64,000 bases of DNA from Camelus ferus (taxonomy: Eukaryota), in NCBI RefSeq assembly GCF_009834535.1, contig NC_045696.1, positions 101,928,001 to 101,992,000 on the forward strand. The letters run 5' to 3'. The first letter of the stretch is position 1; the number at the start of each line of letters is the position of its first letter. Below, one piece after another: positions 25,501-37,134 of this stretch. The translations under genes were made by a program, and so were the position numbers. The notes under the pieces were generated by a model. It had not been told where the DNA came from. It was given only the letters and a program-made list of their open reading frames with translations, and did no database searches.

Positions 25501-27339
25501 TGATAGTGTGTGAACACAATCATCAGTTTGAACGGAGCCAAAGACATTGCAACACTTTATATCTTCAAAACCATTCTGTAAGCCATTTCATTATATGTAA
25601 ATATAATCATTATATATAAAAGTAAATCCCCATCCATATTCCTATAAGAAAAGGCCCTTTAGGATAACACTTCAGCATCATGTAGAAAGACTGTCAATAA
25701 GATGCAGGGAAATTGGTTATGAAATGAAGGCTTAATATAAGAAAACACTGAGGAAACACTTTTTGTACCTTATTCTTACTGGAAATCAGGATCACAAGAT
25801 TGGGCAGGAGAAAAAGGGCTAGTAAGATTAAAATATTTTAATATTTTATGATCAGGGCCATATTTTATTCATTTTTATAACTCCCACAAGCCTTAGAGCA
25901 ATGATTTGCATGTCTGTAGCATGAAAGCAGAATGAGGGAGGAAGGGAGTGGGGTTTTCTCGTAATTTTCAATGTAGAGAATGAAGTGAGAGCCAGTCCAG
26001 AAGGATGAGGCTTATATTTTGAAATGTTTCTCTTTCCTCTTTCCTCCCTCCCTCCCTCCTTTCTTCTCCCTCAAACACCACCATGTCAACTGTATGTCAG
26101 GCATCTGTTATGAGAGTTCTTTTGCAAGCTCTGTGAGGAAAGGGACATCGCAGCAGTTGTGATGCTCCATACATATGACATTTTTAAATGTTGGTCACTG
26201 ACTAACTACATAAATTCAGAAGATCTTTTTCTTCTTGAATTCAAGGGAGTTTGTGGACTTGGAGAAAGTTGGGTTATAACTGCCTAAAGTGTTTGGCATT
26301 TCTAGAGAAAAAAGAGATGAATAATAGCACAGTCTCTGCCCTAAACCATCTCATTGTCTAGTGGGGGTGACAAAACCAAGGTCTACAAAGCACAGCTGAA
26401 CTATATAAGTCTTTACAAAATTGGTCCATAAACAGTGTGTTCAAACTGTGAGTGCTGAAAGAACTCAAAGGCTAGAGAATCAGTGAGCATAAGCTGCATC
26501 AGAGCACAGGCCCCCCAGGTGGGACGTGAGCTGGACTTTGTAGGATTGTGAGTGCTTTAGGGATGAGGTCTGTTGTCCAAGTTCCATCTTGGGGCTTGTT
26601 GGGGTGAGGTCAAGTTCCCATTACTGTCACCCTAATTGCCCAGATGCTCAGACTTGTAGGCCCAGGGAATACATCTGGACTAGAGTTCCTGCCTAGAGAA
26701 GGTAATGTCATCAGCTGGCCAGGTGACCGAGCTCAGCAGAATGGAATGTCATGCTTGTGAGGATACAACCTGGAACCCGGGCTGTCCACACAGATGTTGG
26801 TGGTATTGCTCTGCTGGTACAGGCTGCCCCCTTTTCTCCCTGGGCAGGTAGGGCTCTGGTTCATGGCTTACCAAAGAGAGTGTTGTGGTTTGTGTCCATA
26901 AGTCATGGTAGACAGTCCCCTCTTTCCTTCTTGTGTACACGGGTGGTTGATGCTTTCTTTATCTTGTATCTCTTTGAGGTGTAAAAACCACCGTCCTTTA
27001 TTAGCATACTCTTTCTACTAGCAATTCTACTTTATCTGTCACCTGCTCTCATACAGTCTTGGGCTGGAGTACAATAGCTCAAGACTCCACATTTGTGTCA
27101 GCATATGGCTAAAGCTCTGAGTGGATGTTTGGCTGTCAAAGGCATTATGAAGCTCCGTGGGTAGGTGTCAGGCCTTCCACATCAAGGATTTTTCAGTTGC
27201 TGCTATTGCAGCTGGGGTGCACAAATGGGTGGATGTTTGTTAACTGAGTGCCTTCCCCACTGGCCCTTCCACCATGCCAAGATGTTGATTCCTCTCAACC
27301 CTTGAGGTTGAGGAGAAGCAGAGCCAGGGGCTTTTGTCT

Positions 27340-27800
27340 ACTGTGTTAATTTGAGTCCTCCAAGAAGCAGATGCAGGAAAGAGATTAGTTGTGCAAAATA
27401 TTTATTGGGGGAAATTCCTTTGAGGAAAAATGAGGAGGGAGCCTGTGGATGCTGGGCCAGCTATCAGGCCTTAGTGGAGCACCAGCCAACCCCTGTGGAG
27501 AGAGGGAAGGAGGGGATGCTGGGTAGGAAAAGGTTTAGGCTGTGGTGCAATTCTAAGAAAGGTTTGGCCAGGCTGATGAGAAGTCTTTGAACTATGGTGG
27601 CCCTTCAGAGAAGTCCCATCTCCCTGTCTTAGTGCCCCTGGTGTGGTCAGCCATTGGTCAGCCAGATTCCAGACCGTCATCAATGTGCTCCTTATCGTGG
27701 GAGATCTATCTGAAAGGTGTATTTTATGGCCATTACGTTTGGTCACCTCTGGTGGCAAGCAGCTTTCCACCAGTGTGCCACGTGTTAAAGGCTGGGATCA
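27340..27800 (-). mobile_element. ERVL solo LTR (LTR16-like)
   Basis: tcctccaagaagcagatgc...tatttattggggg (AATAAA on minus)...tgcaattctaagaaaggtttggccaggc...cagccattggtc. Confidence 0.6.
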
Positions 27801-28439
27801 GAGCTGGTATGGGGGGCCAGGCATGGCCATTTAGCTTTTGAGGCATTGTATGAATTTAACTGCAGAGACCAGGTACTAAGCACTTGCTATTATGACAAAT
27901 GCCTGTTTTCCCTGCTTGGGAAAAATGGTGGACACTTCACGTTCACTTCTTGCTATTGCACTGAAAGCATTTGCGAAAACAAGCATGTCACCCTCTGGGA
28001 ATTTCAAATAGTATTAATACAGGTTCTCTCCATTCCACTCAGCAGAAAGCAGAGGTCATAGTATCATTCACCATACCTGCCAAGTTACTTTTAGGAAATG
28101 AATCCTTCCTAGGCAAAGAGTGTTAGAAAAATGATGTTCTTACTCAGACACCCTAACCACATGCAGTGTACATGACGTGTCTTCCTTTCTCCTTCCTGAC
28201 TAATTTTATTGTGGTCGTTTGACGCTGCACATGGAAGGCTGCCCACTGTTCTGTGGCGGGCCCGTCAGCCATGGTGGTTACATATCCGTCACTTACTTTC
28301 TCTTGCCAGCAAAGGTTAGAATAAAATATTTCTCACTAGTATGGAGGAGTGGACCACACACTGAAGCAGAAATAAGTAAGGTAACATATTCTTAAAAGAA
28401 ATCTCTTTTTATTCTTATCTCTCACTATAAGTAGCTCTC

Positions 28440-29465
28440 CACATTATTGCCAAAGTGATAGTTCTTATATGAAAATGTGACTGTTTTACTTTCCTGCCTG
28501 AAATCTTTCAATAGTTCTATATTATCATTGGGTTAAAAAGAAAAACTTCTTTGCCTGACAGAGAAGCCTCTTTATGATCTGGCTTCTGCAGTCTAGAGGT
28601 GTTCTCTCTTTTTGTCTCTTTCCCTGTCTATCTGTCTCTCTTTCCACTTATTCTCTTCTTACTCCACTGCTGATACTCTAAACCCGTCAGATTTCTTAAG
28701 TCCCTCTGTCTGTATACATTGTATTCCTAGGTCATCTTAATGACAACAGAAGCACTCACATTTTGGTGACACAAGAGAAGTTAACTTTTCACTCACATAA
28801 CAGTCCAGTGCAGGTTTTCCTGGTTGGTGGATGTCTTTTCCCTACCCGATGTCTCAGGGACCCAGGCTGCTTCAGCGTAGTGACTCTGTCTATCTAGAGG
28901 ACCCTGTTGCCTCCCCACCCATCTGATAGATGGGGAAAGAGAAGGGAGAAAACTCACCTACTTCTTCAGTGCTGTGCCATATACCACTTTTCTTACGTTC
29001 CTTTGGTGGGAACCCAACGAGATGCAAGACAGCCAGAAATACAATCTCTGGCTGAGCAGCCACTTCCCTACAACTATTCTACACATCGACGAACAAAAAT
29101 CCTAGGGAATGTATAGCTGTCTGTCTCTGCTGTTACTCACGTGCTGCCACCCACATGTGCAGCCTGGATCCTGATTCATTCCCTGATTCAGCTCATCTGG
29201 ACAAATCTTATGTGACCTTTTAAGATTCATCTAAAGCTTTGCATCATTCAAAGGGCTTTGGCATGTCTCTTCTTTATACTCATATAATGCAGAGTCCTTA
29301 CCAGCTGTCATAGCACATGTCATGTTGTATTATATTTGTTTGCTAATGGGTCTTCATTTTACAGACTTCAGCTCCTGTAGGATTGGGGCTGTATTTTTAT
29401 TTTAAGCCTGTAAATGTCTGGTGTAAAATATGCACCCAATGAATGTTTTATTGAATAAATGAAAG
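28440..29465 (+). mobile_element. L2 LINE 3' portion, interrupted by an MLT1 LTR
   Basis: L2-like aaatctttcaatagttc...atgatctggc at 28440-28719. The L2 terminus ...atgaatgttttattgaataaatgaa follows after 29135. Confidence 0.6.
28720..29132 (-). mobile_element. MaLR LTR (MLT1H/I/J-like) nested in L2
   Basis: tgtattcc...tcactcacataacagtccagtgcagg...cagggacccaggctgcttc...gctgagcagccacttccc. Confidence 0.65.
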
Positions 29466-29729
29466 GCAATTAGATGACTAGATTCACAAAAGCATGGTAA
29501 AACCCTCAACATTTGATGTTTTAAAGAGTGAACTGTGGATTTATCTTAAATACATTAATCCTAAATTTAAATCGAGGAATGTGTGGGCTTCCTTGCTATT
29601 TGTTAATAAATCCACAATATTAAGAGAGTTCACATTTATCTGATTACCACAAGCATCCTTACAGAGTTTATAAACTTAAAAGTCAAGGATTGTTACTTGG
29701 GTTCAACTCTTTAATAAAAGAAATATTTA

Positions 29730-29990
29730 ATCATTAGAATGCTTTTGGCTACAGGTGAACAGAAACTTGATTTTAAATTGTTTGAAAACTTAGAAAATGT
29801 ATGTCACATATCAAGAAGTCTAGAATTAGTATAGCTCTGGGATAGATTGATCCAGGGCTCAGTGAAGTCATCCAGGACCTGGGTTCTGTCTATATCTCAG
29901 TCCTCCATCCTCAGTATGTTTTTGGACTATATCCCCTGAAGGTCACAAGATACCTGACAACAAAAACATGGATAAACATATTGCCTTGAT
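29730..29990 (-). mobile_element. MaLR LTR fragment (MLT1K/L-like)
   Basis: cattagaatgcttttggctacaggtgaacagaaac...ggctcagtgaagtcatccaggacctgggttc. Confidence 0.6.
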
Positions 29991-30455
29991 CATGTCCTAA
30001 GGGAGAGAATAAGAACACCTGTCCCCTAACCATGGCATATAAGTACTACCTTGTAGTCTGATGGGGCTGTCTCAGAGATGTGCTGATCTGTGGACCAGAA
30101 GCTTTCTCCAGGGGAATTCCATCTCCTGCCTGATTAGGTTACTCAGTATCTGTCACAGAGCCAAGGCTTCCTTGAAGCACTTGGATGGATAGAAAAGGTG
30201 GATAGCTCTTTTCTCCAAAATCTATGGGTCCATTAGGAAGGAGAACAGGGGGAATATTAAGAGTGTCCATCACAAATATTTTAACAGTACAATCTATTGA
30301 ACTGATATCTATGGAAGAGTGAACACTTTTCTAAACCAGGCAATGACCCTTTTTCCTGCCACTTATACAAGTTCTAAATCACATATTTAAAAGCATCTAG
30401 TACTGAACATTTTAGATTACATTCCTCCAGTGCAATTATTTATCCTTTATTTTAG

Positions 30456-30658
30456 GCCTTGTAATGGGATTAATTTTACGATATGCTACGGCACCAACTG
30501 ATATTGAAAGTGGAACTGTGTATGATTGTGGAAAACTGGCCTTCAGTCCATCAACTCTGCTGATTAATATCAGTGACCAAGTTTATGAATATAAATACAA
30601 GAGAGAAATAAGCCAGCACAACATCAGTCCTCACCAAGGCAATGCTATACTCGAAAAG
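30456..30658 (+). CDS. SLC9A9: SLC9A9 coding exon 2 (codons 59-126): G-LVMGLILRYATAPTDIESGTVYDCGKLAFSPSTLLINISDQVYEYKYKREISQHNISPHQGNAILEK
   Basis: Acceptor tttatcctttattttag|GC and donor AAG|gtaagg. Length 203 nt; it completes the split Gly codon from exon 1 (175+203=378=126 codons). Sequence matches NHE9 TM2 and the luminal TM2-TM3 loop. Confidence 0.97.
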
Positions 30659-30740
30659 GTAAGGATCCTATCTGGTCATATATTTTTGTTTTCCGGTACA
30701 AATAATTGCATCATATGTGAACCACCATATATAATGCAGT

Positions 30741-30767
30741 CACACACACACACACACACACACACAC
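30741..30767. repeat. (CA)13 microsatellite starting 83 bp into intron 2
   Basis: Perfect CA repeat. Confidence 0.97.
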
Positions 30768-31667
30768 TTATGCCTCTTTTCAACACCACACTAATGGGGC
30801 AATTTAGTTGACTAAACAGCTAAACCTCGATATACTTTTATTATAAGCTCAGTTGTCTGTATTTTTTTTTCTAAAAGTTATAAAAGAATGCTTTTTAATA
30901 TAGTTGTTTTGCAAGCCACAGGTATATTAGGTAAAAACATAATAATGATTCAGCTGACTCTGCCTTTCATGATACTTGATTCAAGTTTTCACATGTGTGT
31001 TTTGTGTCATTATATATATATTACCAGCTGGCTACTCAGTTCAAATCTTCCTTAAGTCAAAATAAAAATGGAAGAGAATTTTTTAAAAAAAATTGCACTT
31101 GCAAGCCTTGATCTAGAATGACTGACTTCTGGCTGCCAATGCAAAACACTGGCCACTTGGTTGTTTATAAATACACTGACGCACAGTCAGTCTCAAGAGA
31201 TCTTAACTCCATCAATTTAATTAGGGATCTTAGACTGCAAAAAGAAAAATTGTGAAGTTACTCATCTTTTAAAATTTATTTCATCATTCCAAATGTGTGC
31301 ACTGCTTCAGTTATTGGAAGGAAAATGTCTTTCTGCCCCCAGGACTCTGGTTCAGAAAACAGATAAGTTTACCTTTTGTGGTGCCTTGTGTGTGGGTCAG
31401 TCTTTGGAATAAGTGAATTTGTGTTTAACCATACAAGTACATGCTTAGAACCAGGATCTCAAGTGACTTATTCTAGATCCTTTTATGTCAGAGCTGAGAA
31501 CTTCCTTGAAATTATGGAAGTGCATTTTATCACTTTAATCCCATATGGATTTCGTTTTCTCTTAACATATACATCTTTTTTTTTTTTCATTTTGAGAGAT
31601 TTGGGACAGGAGGGGAAATGTGTGATCTCCTGTTTTTCCTCATTCAAGACGAGTAATTTTTAAGTTG

Positions 31668-31689
31668 TTTTTTTTTTTTTTTTTTTTTT
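31668..31689. repeat. T22 homopolymer
   Basis: 22 consecutive T. Confidence 0.9.
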
Positions 31690-32712
31690 ACAGTATCTCT
31701 CACTAGCACATTTCTAGATTAACTTCCTCCTAGCACTTGGTGAGGCTCAGAAAAGTCAAACTAATTATAATATTATCCTAAATCAGACTTAGGAAAGTTA
31801 ATTGAAGCACACAAAAAGCAAATTAAATAATGTATTTCTGAAGTAAATAGGAGCAATATGTAGATCTTCTGCTATTTTGGGTGATCTCTTCCATGTGATT
31901 CTTTCTGGGTAATAGAAATTCTTTCATGGGTAATAGAAAATTATCTATCTTGAAATAAATAATCCTTTTAAATGAACTTGTGAGCAGAATAGGATTTAAA
32001 TACATTCTTCATTTTTACCTTTGATTATTACCAGAGCATAAATTATTTCCCTTCTCACTCTTTTACCTATTTTTATCTGCATTTCTAAGTAATATTATTT
32101 CTCTGAACAGGTTGACCCCCAAAGATGCTGATAATCATCTCTGTTATTATAACAATTTGTTCTCTAACAGGATTGCCAGCAAACACCTGATCAGGAATTT
32201 TGTTCCTGTATTATTGACATACTGATTTCTTTATCAGCAAACTCTAGTGTTTGCTTTTTAAAAAATTACAGCAAGAGATGGAGAAAATGTCTAAGTTTCT
32301 GGAGCCCTCTTGGTTTTTTCGTTGGATAGATTATGAGTTCTGAACAGAAAATATTTAATGGACCTTAAATGGCTCAACTATTTTATAGATTAAGTTCTAG
32401 ATCATATGACTTACTGAGTCACAATTAGCATTTGCTCCTCCAGGTATCCAAGATTGGCAATAGGTGACTCAGTTTCCAGGGTAACCCCCCACCGCCCCCA
32501 CTGCTGGTGGAGAAACGGGCATCCACTTATACACTTACCATACTAGGCGACTTTTAATGGGAAGGATATTTTTTTATAAATAGCCAGAGTATATCTGAAC
32601 ACACATTTGTTGCTTATGTGCCAGTGTTGGGGGGCCCTAGTTAGTCTGTGAAATGGAATACCCATTGTCTGTCTTCCTTACTGGGAATTCTCCACTGCAT
32701 GAAACTGCTCAT

Positions 32713-32735
32713 ATCAATCAATCAATCAATCAATC
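32713..32735. repeat. (ATCA)n tetranucleotide repeat
   Basis: atcaatcaatcaatcaatcaatc. Confidence 0.9.
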
Positions 32736-32849
32736 TGTGTCAGATGCTAAAGAACTCCAAAAAAAGGCCCGTTTATTGGAAGGCTTGTAGGGAGTCACCA
32801 AGGGGTAATGGGGAAAAAATCCTGCACCAGACTGATGTGCCATGCATCC

Positions 32850-33140
32850 TTAGTAAGTTCCTTGAACTTCTTAATCTCCAACTTGCTTGTTTGTAAGGTG
32901 GGGAGATTAGGACTATTTTGTAGGATTGTTTTAGTGTTTAAATGAGACACTATATATAAAGTGCCTGACCACCCACCATAAGGCCCCTTACATTGCTCTC
33001 ACTACCTCTCTCACTACCTGCTCTCACTGCCTCTACTACTTACCACTTCCTCTGCCACTGGTAATACCCACTGCCAGTACCGGTACCATCACTACTACAC
33101 TACTTCTAACATCAGTGCTACCATTGCTGCTACTAGGTAA
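32850..33140 (+). mobile_element. MIR followed by a degenerate CAC/TAC-rich tail
   Basis: aagttccttgaacttc...gtaggattgttttagtgtttaaatgagac...aaagtgcctg, then about 150 bp of ctcactac/ccactg-type repeats. Confidence 0.6.
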
Positions 33141-33319
33141 TGTTTGAATGCTTAATGTATGCCAGGGATAAATGAAATGTGTGTTTGGGGTTTTTTCCAT
33201 TTATTTAACATCCTGGGGAGATAAGTATATACTAATGTATACTATATGCTAGTATATAGTTTAGTTCTTGATTATATCACATAGACTATGAGGATTTTAA
33301 AACTTTACAGATTAGTTGT

Positions 33320-33735
33320 CACACAAAGCACTTGTCTTGCTTCAGGACCTCTATACATGTTACTCTTTTTTCCTAAAATGGTCTTACTCCTGCTCTTCAG
33401 TTGTCAGGCTCCTTTTTATCCCTAGAGTCTTGAAATTCCATCTCTTCAGAGAGGGCTTGCCCTGTGATTTTCTCACACCGTGTCCTCTCTCTCTCTTTCT
33501 TTCCTGCCTTCTCTTTTGTTTCGAAGTACTTAGCACCATCTGAAATTTTATATGTATTTTCTTGCTTACTGATTATCATTCTTACATTGTTTAATGTCCT
33601 CTAGGCTGTAAACTTCACAAAGGCAGGGATGATGCCTTTTTTACTGACCAGTGTATCCTCAAAACCTACCATAGTGCCCAATGCATACTGCTGCTGAATA
33701 AATAGTTTGTGAATGAATAAACGAATAAATGAAAG
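33320..33735 (+). mobile_element. L2a 3' end
   Basis: ctaggctgtaaacttcacaaaggcaggg...gtgtatcctcaaaacctaccatagtgccc...aataaatagtttgtgaatgaataaacgaataaatgaa. Confidence 0.8.
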
Positions 33736-34962
33736 AGTCTGAGAGCTTGGTGGAGCATATACAGATAGAATATTTGGAAGTTATCACCTTGGAGTTGGTA
33801 GAATATTGTTCTGGATGCCTAATGGCTGAAGAAACTAAGATATTATCTAATTTTAGTTGTGTAATATAAGTATAAGGTATATCAAGAGAAATTACAAGGT
33901 GGGTCAAGGTCCCACTACTGATCAGAGGCAGAACTGAGACCCACGGCACTTTACCCTGAGTCCTGAGTGGTTTATCATACCCCACACCACTGGACAGGCT
34001 TCTGAGTGGCCCTGTGGGAAGAGGAAGGGCAGGGTGCCTTGGGCTGAGGCCTGGGGATTCTCACAGTGACACAGGTGGAAGGAGATAAGGACCAGTGCTG
34101 GAGAGAGAAGAAGCTGGGTGGGATTATGGGGAGAAGTCCAGCATGGTGGCATTGCAGAAGCCATTGGTGTGACTCTACTGGTTCCTTTTTCTTTATGGTA
34201 CAGATTAAAAGGAGTATTTGGCCTTTGTTTTTAAAAGTTACAGGATGAGGTAATAAATTTTACAATCAGAAGAATGTAGTTTAGGGGCTTGGATGAAATT
34301 CTTGACTTAAGGATTTGGAGAGGCTGGAATAAATTCCTGTGCAATGTAATCATTTCTTGGAATACTTGTAAGAGCACTTGTACTTTTGGGATGGTTAGGC
34401 ATTGTTGTGCTTGGAAAAAGCATTGAGCTTGATGGCTTGCTAAGTTTCTTCCAATAAGAAGGTATAAAACTGGAAAATATGAGAGCTGTTGGCATTATAT
34501 AAGCAGCAGTGTATTCTACTTTAATGCTATGTTGTAAAAATATAAAAAATTCAGGAAATACCGTATGCCAAGCTTCTTTTGTTCATGCTTGATACAGATA
34601 AAAGTGTAGAAAAGAAAAAAATATTTTTGCTTAAAGATCAGTGAACACTTTTTCTATATATTGTGAGCAGCTGATGTTCTCAAAACAACCTTCTGAGAGA
34701 ATAAAACTAGATAGTGTTGCTCGGTGTCTATCCAGTTAATGTTTCCAAAACCATTTGTCAAATTGTTCTGTGGATCCAAGGTATTCTTACCTAGTTTTAA
34801 CTGAATGAGGCCTATATTCTGTTACACAATGGCTTTACAGACATTGATTTGTTATGGAATATTTAGGAATACTAAAATATCTACTAAGCATTTCTGAATT
34901 TCATATCAATAGAAAGTTTAAAACTTGGTTTTGAAGAGCAGATGATAAAAGTGCTCTCTCCA

Positions 34963-35860
34963 TCACTCATCCATTCTTTCAACGCAAGTGAACTGAGTCC
35001 CATCAGTATCAATTCTGTTTTGTTTGTTTTGGGGATAATTAGGTCTGTTTGTTTATTTATTTATTCTTAGAGGAGGTACTGGGGATTGAACCCAGGACCT
35101 CATGCATGCTAAGCATGTGCTCTACCACTTGAGCTATACCCTCCACCCGCCTCAACTCTGCAATAAGGAATGGTCTCAAGGAGTTTATTGGTAAATCTGG
35201 GGAAAACACAGCATATGAATAAATGAATAAATAGACCACAAGATAAGTATTAAAGGAGTGGGTCAAATACCACAGATATTCAGAGGGTACAATATTAATC
35301 CTTACTAAGGTGATAAGGAAGATTTCAAAGAAGCTGATTGACTGTGGTGGTGATATATGTAGTGTGTGGAGGTGGAAGAGCCATTCCAAGCAGTAGGAAA
35401 AGCATGATGTGGAGGTGGAAAAAGGGGTAGAGAATATTCCAGGAAAGAAAAGTATTTCCAGTTTGTTGAAGTATGGAAGACCAGTGAAACATATGGGGCT
35501 GGGAATAAGGGCAGAGCTTGGTTACAGAATCCCTTAAATGCCAGGTTGAGAAATGCCTACTCTATCTGTAGTCAGTGGAAGAATGTAATGTTGACAAAAG
35601 CAAAGGAACGGTTAGGCTGCTGTGTACAAGGTAGAGAGTGAAAGCAGGCAGACAGATGAGACCTGTGCTTGGATGGTAACCAAGGGCCAGATTGAAGAGA
35701 AGCAAAGAAGGAAGATGCTGTAGATTTTGGAGCAACTGGGCATGAGGAGGAAGAAAGAACAGCTTATTCTGCTACCCTGTTTTGTGGGTTCACAGAGAGT
35801 GGTAAGACAGAAGTGGGGAACTTAGAAATTAAGGAAAGGAGCTGGTTTGTAGTTGAAAAT
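34963..35860 (-). mobile_element. L2 fragment (host of the SINE insertion)
   Basis: catccattctttcaac...ctgag (reverse of the L2 tail) continues after the SINE as ggtctcaaggagttta... and ccattccaagcagtagg. Confidence 0.6.
35018..35151 (-). mobile_element. Camelid tRNA-Ala(AGC)-derived SINE with A-rich tail and 9-bp TSD
   Basis: Minus strand GAGGGTATAGCTCAAGTGGTAGAGCACATGCTTAGCATGCATGAGGTCCTGGGTTCAATCCCCAGTACCTCC, then ctaagaataaataaataaacaaacagacctaattatccccaaacaaacaaaa. TSD tcaattctg (35009-35017) / tcaactctg (35152-35160). Confidence 0.92.
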
Positions 35861-37134
35861 CACAAGTATAGTTTAAAACTGATGAATGAATGAATCAATC
35901 TATCTCATCACTAATTTATTTACCATTGATTGAACACATTATGTTTTTCCACATTGATATGGAAAGGTGAACAGGCCATTTGGCTGGAAAGGTCTTGCAG
36001 ACCCAGTAAACTTTCAAAAAGTTGTCAGCACAGTTAAATTTATACTTCCTATAATTTATAAATCAGTTGACTGTAATGTGAAAAGTCAAAGGAACTACCC
36101 ATTGAAAAGTTTGCCTAGTCTTCACTTCCTGTGTGACAAGTGACACTATCATTTGGTAAGGAAAGTTATTTTGGAGTAAGTTACACTGCTGAATAATCTG
36201 TCCTGTCTATTGTTTCAATAAAGAAAATTCCCAGGCTTCAAATAGGTCACACTGAAGCTGTTATCAATTGTGTTGATAATATTGTGTGCTTTTTGAGATA
36301 TTTTAAGGAAGTCCTTACAGCAACAGCTAATTATATGACTTTAAAAAATAATTTTGTGCTATACAGAGGAAATTTGAAAGACAAATAAAATTTAAAAAAA
36401 ACAAAACCCATAAAAAGTAATTTTGTATTTGCAGCATTAAAACATCAGTGTCTTAAATTTTTTTCTCTCTGTCCAACTTTTTCTAATGGTTATTTTGACT
36501 TATTGTGTTTCAGAATCTTAATTCTCATAAATTTGTTTATAAACTATTTCTGTTCTTTCCAGTCTTTCTCTTTGCTTTATTATTCTGGCCGCAGAGGCCA
36601 GAAGGAAAAACTCTTCTGGTAACAGGAACAGCTTGACCAGAAAGAGTCATTAGACTACGAGATAAATATGTGCAGTTAATGCTGGGACACTTTTGGGGAG
36701 GATAAAGAAAAGACAGGAAAGAAATCTCTAAAACTATTCTAGGCACAATGAGAGGAGCAAGCATCACAATAAATCAGCACTTTGGGTCTGGAGAAGCATT
36801 TGTAGGATATTATCAATTACTTCTCTATTCTGCAGAAAGCAAGGATTCATGATTTATATTTTTCTATCATGACAAGTCTTGGCTCTTACACATGAGATGG
36901 TCCCAGGGAATATCAAGCTTGGCAGTGCTTGGGATGCGGCTGTTTGGATAGACTTAGCTACTTTCATCCTCAACCTTAGTTAAGAGATCTATTGTTAATA
37001 AAGAAACTTAACATGTTAAATTTGTCTTATCTATTTTTTTCCCACCTTTATTCAACTCTTTGCAGAAAGTTGGCCTGAGAAATGATTTCAGAAATGTCTC
37101 AAGACACTAAGTATTCCATTTTTAAAACATGTTT

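Noticed and set aside
11243-30120. Perfect NF-kB motifs at 11243-11253, 27409-27418 and 30111-30120
   Set aside because: About 2-3 GGGRNWYYCC matches are expected by chance in a window this size, and one lies within an LTR. There is no independent support.
30659-30811. Extension of the exon 2 ORF in the track (VRILSGH...HTHTHT)
   Set aside because: Read-through into intron 2 past a canonical AAG|gtaagg donor; the HT repeat is the (CA)n microsatellite. The exon 1 ORF similarly ends with intronic E-stop.
35071-35143. Apparent bona fide tRNA-Ala(AGC) gene
   Set aside because: It has an A-rich tail, a 9-bp TSD, an acceptor-stem mismatch and a non-A discriminator, and it sits inside an L2. This is a SINE, reported as a mobile element.
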